Source: a bacterium (GTDB taxonomy: Bacteria > Vulcanimicrobiota > Vulcanimicrobiia > Vulcanimicrobiales > SCRA01). From it: a stretch of 64,000 bases of DNA. Under the pieces are notes generated by a model. That model was not told where the DNA came from and did not search any database. It was given only the letters and a program-made list of their open reading frames with translations. Where the stretch lies: contig SCRA01000032.1 of NCBI GenBank assembly GCA_004297985.1, positions 1,851 through 65,850 on the forward strand. Reading direction: 5' to 3'. How positions within the stretch are numbered: the first letter of the stretch is position 1; the number at the start of each line of letters is the position of its first letter. The translations under genes were made by a program, and so were the position numbers. Below are positions 56,331-64,000 of the stretch, in pieces.

Positions 56331-57256
56331 GCAGTGTGATGCCTGGAGTTCCCACGAAGGTCAAAGTCTGCGAGATGGGGCCGCGCGACGGCCTGCAGAA
56401 CGAGGCGCGCAGCGTCGACGCCGCGACCAAGATCCACTACATCGACATGCTCTCCGAGAGCGGTCTCCCGGTCATCGAGGCCACCTCCTTCGTCAGCCCG
56501 AAGGCGATTCCGCAGTTGGCCGATGCCTACGAAGTCTTTACCGGCATCGCCAAGCGCCCCGGCGTGCTCTATCCCGTGCTGGTGCCCAACGCCAAGGGTT
56601 TCGCGCGTGCGAAGGAGGCCGGCGCTACGGCGATTGCCGTCTTCACGGCGGCCTCCGAGACATTCACCAAGCGTAACATCAATATGAGCATCCGGCAGTC
56701 GCTGGAGATCTTCGCGCCCATCGTGCGGGAGGCGCGCGCCGAAGGCATGTGGGTACGCGGCTATGTCTCCACGTGCTTCGGCTGTCCCTACGAAGGACCC
56801 GTGGCGCCGGCAAAGGTGGCGCAGGTCGCCGTTGCGCTGGCGGCGCTGGGCTGCGTGGAGATCTCGATCGGCGATACGATCGGCGTTGGCACCCCCAATC
56901 GCGTCGTCGAAGTCGTCGAAGCGTTGCGCCGCGAGATTCCGCTCGAGCGCATCGCGATGCACTTCCACGACACGCGCGGTACGGCATTGGCCAACGTGAC
57001 CACGGCGCTTCAAGAAGGGATCTCCACCTTCGACAGCTCCAGCGGCGGCCTCGGCGGCTGCCCTTACGCGCCCGGAGCCTCCGGCAATCTGGCGACGGAG
57101 GATCTGCTCTACCTGCTGCACGGCATGAAGGTCGAGACCGGCGTCGATCTCCACAAGGTTCGCGAGGCTTCGCGCTTCATCAGCGAGGCAATCGGCAAGA
57201 CGCCTACGTCGAAGGCCTATCTCGCCCCCGAGCAATGGTGGAAGACGGCTAGTTAA
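56327..57256 (+). CDS. hmgL: Hydroxymethylglutaryl-CoA lyase
   Basis: CEMGPRDGLQNE N-terminus and the HFHDTRGTALANV metal site. 4-nt overlap with mccA. Confidence 0.9.
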   Translation: MSSVMPGVPTKVKVCEMGPRDGLQNEARSVDAATKIHYIDMLSESGLPVIEATSFVSPKAIPQLADAYEVFTGIAKRPGVLYPVLVPNAKGFARAKEAGATAIAVFTAASETFTKRNINMSIRQSLEIFAPIVREARAEGMWVRGYVSTCFGCPYEGPVAPAKVAQVAVALAALGCVEISIGDTIGVGTPNRVVEVVEALRREIPLERIAMHFHDTRGTALANVTTALQEGISTFDSSSGGLGGCPYAPGASGNLATEDLLYLLHGMKVETGVDLHKVREASRFISEAIGKTPTSKAYLAPEQWWKTAS

Positions 57257-58622
57257 CCGGGATCTCCAGGCGGAAGCGGCTTCCCTTGCCAAGCTCGCTC
57301 TCGACGGAGACGCCGCCGTGGTGTGCTTTGGCGACGCTCTGCACGATCGCGAGCCCCACGCCGCTGCCCGGCACTTGGCGTTCGGCACGCCCACGATAGA
57401 AGCGTTCGAAGATGTGCGGAAGATCCTGCCGCGCGATGCCGGCCCCCGTATCGGCTACCTCGAGCACCACGCGCGCGGCGTTGCGCGCCAGCGCGACGGT
57501 GACCGCGCCGCCCGGCGGCGTAAACTTCACGGCATTGCCGATCAAGTTGGAGAGCGCGACGCCCAGGAGATCCGGCTCCCCCTCCACGTCGACCTGCGCC
57601 TCCGGAAGCTGCACCGTCAAGGCCACGCGCCGATCGCGCGCCTGTTCCTCCCAGCCCGCCACGGCCGCGCGCACCACCGCATTGACGTTGGTGGGGCGCA
57701 GTGCCACCGCCTCGCTCTCGGCACGCGAGAGCGCGAGCATCTCACGCAGCATGCGATCCATCTCGCGCGCGCGGCGTACGATAGCCTGCAGCGAGTCCCT
57801 GCGCACTTCGGGGGACGCCTCATCGCCCCAGCGCTGGAGCAACTGCGCGTTGCCGGAGATGGCCGCCAGCGGCGTCTTCATCTCGTGCGAGGCATCGGCC
57901 ACGAAACGCCGCTCGCGCTCGAAGGCCAGCGCGAGGCGATCGAGCATGGCGTCGAAGGCGGCCGCCAAGCGCCCCACTTCATCGCTGCGCCCGCCCCAGC
58001 CCAGTCGCCGCTCTAGCGAGGCGGGGTCGACGCTTTCGGCGGCGCGCGTCATCCGTTCCAGCGGCGCCAGCAGCGCCTGCGCAAGGAACCATGCGGCCAT
58101 GAACGCCGCTACCACGCCCAGCGCGAAGACGATGGCGACGCGCCAGGTCAGCGCGCTCAACAGACGATCGAAGCTGCGCGTCTCGTGGCCGACCTCGAGG
58201 ACCGCGTATGGAAAGACGCCGGGGACGCGCACTCGCTTGTGATAGACCATGTAGGACTCGCTGTCGATCACGATGCGAGCGAAGTTTCCACGCGTCCACG
58301 AAACACGCTCCGGCCCGCGGAAGGAGCCCGGTCCCGCGCTGGCCGCGATCACTTGCCGGTCGGCATCGAGCACGCGTACGAACGTCCCCGGCGACGCGTA
58401 GGTGTCCAGCACCTGCGGCACCAGCAGCGCCGGTGCGATCGAGAACGGAAAACCCGCGCCGCCGGCGCCCTGCACGACGCGCTCGGAGAGTTGAACGACC
58501 TCGTCCTGCAGCTCCTGATCGAAGGCGTGGCGCAGCGAGGTCAGGCTGGAAGCGAAGACGGTAAGCAAGAGCGCCAACAACAGCGCCGCAAAGGAAACCG
58601 CGACGCGAAGGCGGAGGCTCAC
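57249..58622 (-). CDS. Membrane sensor histidine kinase (HAMP-HisKA-HATPase_c)
   Basis: Two TM helices, H-box FVADASHEMKTPLAAI, N-box NLIGNAVKFTPPGG, and G-boxes DTGAGI / GSGVGLAIV. Confidence 0.9.
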   Translation of the reverse strand: MSLRLRVAVSFAALLLALLLTVFASSLTSLRHAFDQELQDEVVQLSERVVQGAGGAGFPFSIAPALLVPQVLDTYASPGTFVRVLDADRQVIAASAGPGSFRGPERVSWTRGNFARIVIDSESYMVYHKRVRVPGVFPYAVLEVGHETRSFDRLLSALTWRVAIVFALGVVAAFMAAWFLAQALLAPLERMTRAAESVDPASLERRLGWGGRSDEVGRLAAAFDAMLDRLALAFERERRFVADASHEMKTPLAAISGNAQLLQRWGDEASPEVRRDSLQAIVRRAREMDRMLREMLALSRAESEAVALRPTNVNAVVRAAVAGWEEQARDRRVALTVQLPEAQVDVEGEPDLLGVALSNLIGNAVKFTPPGGAVTVALARNAARVVLEVADTGAGIARQDLPHIFERFYRGRAERQVPGSGVGLAIVQSVAKAHHGGVSVESELGKGSRFRLEIPVN

Positions 58623-59284
58623 GTACGGAGGATATAGCCGACGCCGCGTACGGTGCGGATCAGCGACCCCGGGGCGCCCCCCTCGCGCAGCTTGTGCCGC
58701 AGATGACCCACGTGTACGTCCACCACGTTCGACTCGCCGACGAAGTCCGTGCCCCAGACGGCGTTCATCAGCGCGTCGCGCGTGAAGACCTTGTTGGTAT
58801 TGAGCAGGAAGTGCTCGAGCAGGCGGAACTCCGTAGCCGTCAGCTCCAGCGGCCTGCCGTCGATCTCCACTTCGTGAGCATCCCGGTAGAGCACCACGTC
58901 GCCCATGGTAAGCGTGCGTTGCCGCGTCTGGTTGGTGCGGATATGCGCCCGCACGCGCGCCAACAGCTCATCGCTCTCGAAAGGCTTGGTCATGTAGTCC
59001 GTGGCTCCGGAGTCGAGCCCGATGACCGTATCGCTCGTGGTGTCGCGCGCCGTGAGCATGACGATCGGCACGCTGCTGCGCTCGCGAATCGATCGGCAGA
59101 CGTCCACGCCGTCCATCCCCGGCAGCAGCAAGTCGAGTATGACGAGCGCCGTACCGCTCACGTCGTAGGCAGCAGCCGTCTTGCCGTCGCGAATCACGTC
59201 CACGGCGAAGCCCGCGCGCTGCAGCTCCAACTGCAGAACACGCGCGATATCGGGATCGTCCTCTACGACCAGCACCTTCTCCAT
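58619..59284 (-). CDS. OmpR/PhoB-family response regulator
   Basis: Receiver domain (VLVVEDD...DLLLPGMDG...MLTA) plus a winged-helix C-terminus (LTATEFRLLEHF...VRGVGYIL). Confidence 0.95.
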   Translation of the reverse strand: MEKVLVVEDDPDIARVLQLELQRAGFAVDVIRDGKTAAAYDVSGTALVILDLLLPGMDGVDVCRSIRERSSVPIVMLTARDTTSDTVIGLDSGATDYMTKPFESDELLARVRAHIRTNQTRQRTLTMGDVVLYRDAHEVEIDGRPLELTATEFRLLEHFLLNTNKVFTRDALMNAVWGTDFVGESNVVDVHVGHLRHKLREGGAPGSLIRTVRGVGYILRT

Positions 59285-59318
59285 GCAGGCTCCGTTCTAG
59301 CGTTGCGTGCGACGTGGA

Positions 59319-60287
59319 TTACGACTTGCTGCGAACGACGTTGACGGAGCTTGCCTCCGCCGTGATGGCTACGTTGGCGCCGCCGCCCCGGAAGGTCCTC
59401 GATGCCGAGAACTCCATCCCGAAGGGGGCAGCGCTCCCTTGGAGGATGCCCCCAAGCGACCCTGCGGTGCTATTCGCCACGATGCTCGCATGTACCGAGT
59501 CCGGCACCCGCAGCAACAGCTCTCCCGTCTCGATGGCGAAGTTCTCCATGTCGCCTCGATTCGCCGCCAACTCCCAATCCAGCGAGGCTCCCTGCCCCGA
59601 GACCTCGAGGGTCCGGGCACGAACGTTGCGCGCCCGCCCCTGACCCCCCAAGAGCCCCACGGAGAGATAGTCGCCGCTGACATCGCGCAGTTCGCAGTCT
59701 CCCGTCACCTGGAGATAACTTTCGCCCGTCAGCCGGCTGGAGGCCACAGCGAGGCTTCCGAAAGAGCGCACGATAACGCGCGTCTTCCGGAGGTCGCGAA
59801 TCGTCACGCCGCCGTTGGTGTCGTTGAGGACGAGCGCCGCCGCATGGGGCGGGAGGCGCAGCTTGACGTCACCCCAGTTGACGGTGATGCGGACCAAGGT
59901 TTGGTCGGGGTTGAGCTGGGGCAGGGTCACCACCCGCGCGATGCGCTGGAGGTGGCCATCAACCTGCCGTTCGGTCGTGAGATAGAAGGTCTGGCCCGCC
60001 GCCCCCCGCTGCGTGCTCACCGCTGCTCCTTGGTAGGCGACCAGCGCGATGCTGTCATCGGTGCCTGGGAGCACCTCCACGTCGCCGCCGCCGACCCGGA
60101 TCTCGACCACCGGAGCGGGGCCCGTGGCGATGATGCGCGTGACGGTCGGCGCGGCCGGCGGCGTCCCTGGCGGCGACGGCGGGGATACCGCCAAGAGGCC
60201 CACGAGGGCGAGCGCCGCCAGCGGAGCGAGGGAGAGTCGACGACCGATCATCGGCCAGAGCCTATCAAATAGGACGGCAGCTTGCAT
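59319..60287 (-). CDS. Membrane-anchored beta-strand-repeat protein (DUF4097/LiaF-C-like, tentative)
   Basis: N-terminal anchor LSLAPLAALALVGLLAV and a Pro-rich linker, followed by repetitive short beta-strand segments (GGDVEVL, GDVKLRL, GGVTIRD, GDCELRD, ANVAITA). It is the first gene of the TCS operon. Confidence 0.5.
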   Translation of the reverse strand: MQAAVLFDRLWPMIGRRLSLAPLAALALVGLLAVSPPSPPGTPPAAPTVTRIIATGPAPVVEIRVGGGDVEVLPGTDDSIALVAYQGAAVSTQRGAAGQTFYLTTERQVDGHLQRIARVVTLPQLNPDQTLVRITVNWGDVKLRLPPHAAALVLNDTNGGVTIRDLRKTRVIVRSFGSLAVASSRLTGESYLQVTGDCELRDVSGDYLSVGLLGGQGRARNVRARTLEVSGQGASLDWELAANRGDMENFAIETGELLLRVPDSVHASIVANSTAGSLGGILQGSAAPFGMEFSASRTFRGGGANVAITAEASSVNVVRSKS

Positions 60288-60319
60288 GACGCAACCTTCA
60301 TGTTCGCGAAGGCGCCGGG

Positions 60320-61501
60320 ATGGGCGAGCGACTGCATGTGCGGGCAGATATCTTGATCGACGGCTCCGGTGGTTCCGCGTTGCGTGACGCCGCGCTCTTG
60401 GTCGAGGACGGACGGATCGCGCGGGTCGGGCCGGCCTTCCCGGCTCCCGAGGGGGTACGCAGCCTCTCGGTCGGCACCCTCCTCCCAGGTCTGATCAACG
60501 CCCACGTCCATCTCGATATGGCCGGTGAGTCCGACACCTGGGTCATCGCCAGCCGCAAGGACGCCGCGGGGGCGCTAGCCGGCGCCCACCAAGCCGCCAA
60601 GGCGTTGCGCAGCGGCGTGACCACCGTGCGCGATCTGGGGACGAAGAACTTCATCTCCGTTGCGTTGCGCGATGCGATCGCCCGCGGTGAGATCCCCGGC
60701 CCCCACGTGCTCACCGCGGGGATGGTCATCTGCATGACGGGCGGCCACGGCTGGCCCGTCGGGCGCGAGACCGACGGGCCCTGGGACGCCCGCAAAGCCG
60801 TGCGCGAGTCTCTCAAGGCCGGCGCCGACTGCATCAAACTGATGGCTACGGGCGGGGTGCTGACGCCGGGCGTCCAGCCCGGCAACGCCCAATTGGAGGA
60901 GGCCGAGCTGGCCGCCGCCGTCGACGAGGCCCACAAGGCCGGCATGCATTGCGCCTCGCACGCGATCGGCACCGTGGGGATCAAGAACGCCCTGCGCGCA
61001 GGCATCGACTCCGTCGAGCACGGGCACCTGCTCGACGACGAAGCCATCGCGCTCTTCAAGGAGCGCGGGACGCGCCTGGTACCCACGCTCGCCGCGCTGC
61101 AGTGCATCGTCGACCACGCGGTCGACGGCGGGATGCCGGCGTTCGTAGTCGAGAAGGCGACCAAACTGATGGTCGACGCCTTCGACAACATTCGCAAGGC
61201 CTACCGCGCCGGGGTGACGATCGTCGGCGGCTCCGATGCCGGCACGCCGTTCAACTACCACGAACGCTACGCCTACGAACTCGAGCTGATGGTACGCGAG
61301 CTGAGCATGCCGCCGGTGGAGGCGATCCATGCCAGCACGGGGCGCAGCGCCGACTTCCTGCGCCTGGACGAGACCGGGCGCCTGCAGGTGGGCAAGACGG
61401 CCGACCTGCTGGGGGTACGTGGCGACGCGTCGTCGGATATCCGCGCGCTGGGCGACGTCGCGCTGGTAGCGCGCGGTGGCTGCCTCGTCGTAGGCGGATA
61501 G
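60320..61501 (+). CDS. Amidohydrolase-family metal-dependent hydrolase
   Basis: PGLINAHVHLDM (HxH), KLMATGGV, CASHAIG and GSDAG motifs. Confidence 0.85.
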   Translation: MGERLHVRADILIDGSGGSALRDAALLVEDGRIARVGPAFPAPEGVRSLSVGTLLPGLINAHVHLDMAGESDTWVIASRKDAAGALAGAHQAAKALRSGVTTVRDLGTKNFISVALRDAIARGEIPGPHVLTAGMVICMTGGHGWPVGRETDGPWDARKAVRESLKAGADCIKLMATGGVLTPGVQPGNAQLEEAELAAAVDEAHKAGMHCASHAIGTVGIKNALRAGIDSVEHGHLLDDEAIALFKERGTRLVPTLAALQCIVDHAVDGGMPAFVVEKATKLMVDAFDNIRKAYRAGVTIVGGSDAGTPFNYHERYAYELELMVRELSMPPVEAIHASTGRSADFLRLDETGRLQVGKTADLLGVRGDASSDIRALGDVALVARGGCLVVGG

Positions 61502-61508
61502 CCTGACC

Positions 61509-62651
61509 GTGGCCGATCTGCGTGGCCTGCGGGTCGCGGTGCTCGCGCCGATCTCCTGGCCCACGCCGCCAAAGGGCTACGGACCATGGGAGCAGGTGGC
61601 CGGCAACATCGCCGGCGGGCTCGTGCGCCGTGGCCTCGACGTCACGCTCTTCGCAACGGGAAACTCGCGCACCACGGCGCATCTGGAGAGCGTCTCGCCC
61701 GTCGGCCTCAACGAAGACCCCGCGCTCCCGGGACACGTCCTCGGGCCGCTCCATATCGCCAAGTGCTTCGAGCGTGCGGGCGAGTTCGATCTCATCCACA
61801 ACAACTTCGACTGGCTCCCCATGACCTACGCGCTGGGTTCGCGCACGCCGCCGCTGGTCACTACCATCCACGGCTTCTCCTCGCCGACGATCCTCGCAGC
61901 GTACTACGCCTGTGCCGCACGCAGCTTCTTCTGCTCGATCAGCGATGCCGACCGCGATCCCGGCCTGGCCTATCTCGCCACGACGTACAACGGCATCGAT
62001 CCCGACGCGTTTGCCTTCTCCGATCGCCCGGGAGAGTATCTGCTCTTTCTGGGGCGCCTCCACCCCGAGAAAGGGACGCATCTCGCGATCGAGCTGGCCA
62101 AGCGCAGCGGAAAGCGCCTGCTGATCGCGGCCATTCCACAAGATCGCGAGTACTTCGCGCGCGAGGTCGAACCTCACGTCGACGGAGAGCAGATCGTCTT
62201 TCTGGGCGCCGTGGAGGGCGAGCACCGTAACCGCCTGCTGCGCGAAGCGTTGGCGCTGGTGCACCTCACCACGCGCCCCGAGCGCTTCGGGCTGACGTTG
62301 ATCGAGGCGATGGCCTGCGGAACGCCGGTCCTCGGCGCGCGCATGGGAAGTGTTCCCGAGATCGTGGTCGACGGGACCACCGGGTTCTGCGTCGACTCGA
62401 TGGAGGAGGCCGTGGCGCGCGTGCGCGACCTGCCGGGCATCGATCGCCGCGCCTGCCGCCGCCGCGTCGTCGAGGCGTTCACGGTCGAGCACATGATCGA
62501 CCGCTATGTGGCGGCCTACGCCGAAGCGCTTCGCCTAGGCACGCCGCCGAAGCCCACACCCGAACAGCTCCGCTGGCGCGCCCACGACTGGTGGGATCGC
62601 CCACAAGCCTTCACGGAGATCCCACCCAAGCCGGATCACTGGATCGCGTAG
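61509..62651 (+). CDS. Glycosyltransferase family 4 (GT-B)
   Basis: N-terminal GYGPWEQVAGNIAGGLVRRG and C-terminal E-x7-E region FGLTLIEAMACGTPVLGARMGSVPEIV. Confidence 0.85.
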   Translation: MADLRGLRVAVLAPISWPTPPKGYGPWEQVAGNIAGGLVRRGLDVTLFATGNSRTTAHLESVSPVGLNEDPALPGHVLGPLHIAKCFERAGEFDLIHNNFDWLPMTYALGSRTPPLVTTIHGFSSPTILAAYYACAARSFFCSISDADRDPGLAYLATTYNGIDPDAFAFSDRPGEYLLFLGRLHPEKGTHLAIELAKRSGKRLLIAAIPQDREYFAREVEPHVDGEQIVFLGAVEGEHRNRLLREALALVHLTTRPERFGLTLIEAMACGTPVLGARMGSVPEIVVDGTTGFCVDSMEEAVARVRDLPGIDRRACRRRVVEAFTVEHMIDRYVAAYAEALRLGTPPKPTPEQLRWRAHDWWDRPQAFTEIPPKPDHWIA

Positions 62652-63544
62652 CCCTGGGCCCAGTCGCCACTGGCGTCTGCCCATACGGTCCAGACTCGCC
62701 TGGCCTTCCCGTCCACGCCGACGGTATGGATGCCCGCATCCGTCTCCAGCTCCGCGATCAAGCGCGGCGCCTTCCCGGCCTGTAACGCGAAGACGGTCAC
62801 TGCGCCGTCGCCGGCGCAGGCCAGCAGATCACCCTCGTCGTCGAGACTGCATTGGTCGATGTTGGGCTGGGCCTTGGCATCGGCCACGCGTTTGCCGTCC
62901 GGCGTGTAGACGGAGAGCAGACCGTTCCTGCCTCCGACGATCAGCTCGCCCAGCGGGGCATCGAACTGCAGCGGATGGTTTTGGTGAATCTGCGGCGTCT
63001 TGACGGTCTGGACGACCTTGAACGTCCGCGTGTCGATCATCGCGAACGCATCGAGGTCGTTGAGGTTCTGGTAGAGTCTCCCCGTCTTGGGGTCGACGGC
63101 GAGGTATTCGGGGTCGCTGCCGGGGAAGGTGATCGTCCCCACCTGCTTCATCGTTTTGGCGTCGATGACGAAGACGTGCGATCCGCCGTCCTCGTCGGCG
63201 TAGATGCGCTTCCCCACGGGATCGTAGATCAACGCATCGACGGGGCCGGGGACGCTCACCTGCGCCTTCACGCGCAGTGCCACTGGATCGACCTCCGAGA
63301 TCGTGTCGTCCGTCCCGTCGCCGGTGAACACGTCGCCGTTCTCCGGGTCGACGGCCACCCCGTGAACCGAGCCGACCCTCACCTGGCCGCGCACGACTCC
63401 CGTATCCGTGTCGACCACCAGCAGCCTGCGGCTGAAGGTGTGCGCCGCGTAGACGCGCCGACGCGCCGAATCGACCGTCACGTAGTCGAAGCCGCTGTAG
63501 ACTGGAACGCGCGCGGGCGGAGCGACGGGAACCAAATGGAGCAT
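62636..63544 (-). CDS. YncE/YVTN-like beta-propeller repeat protein
   Basis: Repeated V(Y/F)xxD...G...VIDxxT-type blades (LLVVDTDTGVV, VFVIDAKTMKQV, FAMIDTRTFKVV). AGAGGAAGG SD 6 nt before the ATG. No obvious signal peptide. Confidence 0.7.
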   Translation of the reverse strand: MLHLVPVAPPARVPVYSGFDYVTVDSARRRVYAAHTFSRRLLVVDTDTGVVRGQVRVGSVHGVAVDPENGDVFTGDGTDDTISEVDPVALRVKAQVSVPGPVDALIYDPVGKRIYADEDGGSHVFVIDAKTMKQVGTITFPGSDPEYLAVDPKTGRLYQNLNDLDAFAMIDTRTFKVVQTVKTPQIHQNHPLQFDAPLGELIVGGRNGLLSVYTPDGKRVADAKAQPNIDQCSLDDEGDLLACAGDGAVTVFALQAGKAPRLIAELETDAGIHTVGVDGKARRVWTVWADASGDWAQGYAIQ

Positions 63545-63578
63545 GCGGACCTTCCTCTTTCGCTGCGGGTGGCTCGCT

Positions 63579-64000
63579 CTAGATGCGCTGGGTCACGACG
63601 AGCTGGAACTGCCGGGGCGGGAGCCCAAAGCGCTCCGACTGCTGTTGGACCGCGTTCGTATCCGTGCCGAACTGATTCTCCGGTTTGAATACCCCGAGAC
63701 CGATCCGCCCGAAGGTGTCGACCGCGTCGTCGAAGACGTTGTAAATGCCGAGCGTAACGATGGTGTTGCCGAACGCCTTCGAGAGCGACCCGTTGGCGTA
63801 CGTGAAGGCCGGACGACTGAAGCCGTTGTTGCCGTCGGTGTAGAACTCGTCGAGGCGCGCCTCGAGCCCGTTGCTGCTCGTGTAATCCAAGCCCAGCGAG
63901 GCTTTGTGCAGCGGGACCGCATAGACCTGCGAGCCGTTGATCACCGTGACGTTGTTTGCCAGGACCGAGTCGGGCACGCCCAGAAGCGCGGCGGACTGCA
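63579..64000 (-). CDS. TonB-dependent-receptor-like outer-membrane beta-barrel protein, 3' end only (truncated by window edge)
   Basis: C-terminal barrel-like strands (LGLDYTSSNGLEARLDEFYTDG, TLGIYNVFDD, RQFQLVVTQRI). The reading frame is open to the window end. Confidence 0.6.
   Translation of the reverse strand, partial: QSAALLGVPDSVLANNVTVINGSQVYAVPLHKASLGLDYTSSNGLEARLDEFYTDGNNGFSRPAFTYANGSLSKAFGNTIVTLGIYNVFDDAVDTFGRIGLGVFKPENQFGTDTNAVQQQSERFGLPPRQFQLVVTQRI

Overview
This is a very GC-rich bacterial chromosomal segment, with third codon positions almost uniformly G/C. It holds about 60 protein-coding genes packed tightly on both strands. Most of the six-frame ORF track is antisense or out-of-frame shadow, as expected in such a genome.

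The content is mainly housekeeping and metabolism:
- a ribose-type sugar ABC importer led by a Cys/Met-family PLP enzyme
- a CPA2 K+/H+ antiporter, a secreted S1 protease and YifB/ComM
- a PAS-GAF-GGDEF-EAL protein coupled to an AlkA-like glycosylase
- a Pat-type acyl-CoA synthetase/GNAT fusion, rocD, and a DUF309-hemQ pair
- panE-dut-nrdR and dprA-rlmH-argS
- hisC; pyrE, pyrF and pyrD dispersed among a PP2C phosphatase and an ECF sigma/anti-sigma pair
- a DUF1501/DUF1800 pair
- leucine-catabolism genes (mccB ... liuC-mccA-hmgL) separated by a block of about 5 kb
- an OmpR-type two-component system
- an amidohydrolase, a GT4 glycosyltransferase, a beta-propeller protein, and the 3' end of a TonB-dependent-receptor-like gene, which suggests a diderm host

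I found no rRNA, tRNA, CRISPR array, transposase, integrase or phage gene. No locus is a convincing novel system. The best leads are:
1. two translationally coupled HprK-like kinases whose operon runs off the left edge
2. two tandem paralogous polytopic membrane proteins
3. an RCK-pore-RCK channel homolog whose selectivity filter is replaced
4. the accessory-looking block splitting the liu genes (tandem secreted CHRD/SOD-like paralogs plus a PLD-fold protein with only one intact HKD motif)
5. two well-signalled 47-aa ORFs that are absent from the ORF track

All family assignments come from motif recognition by eye and need HMM or structure confirmation.
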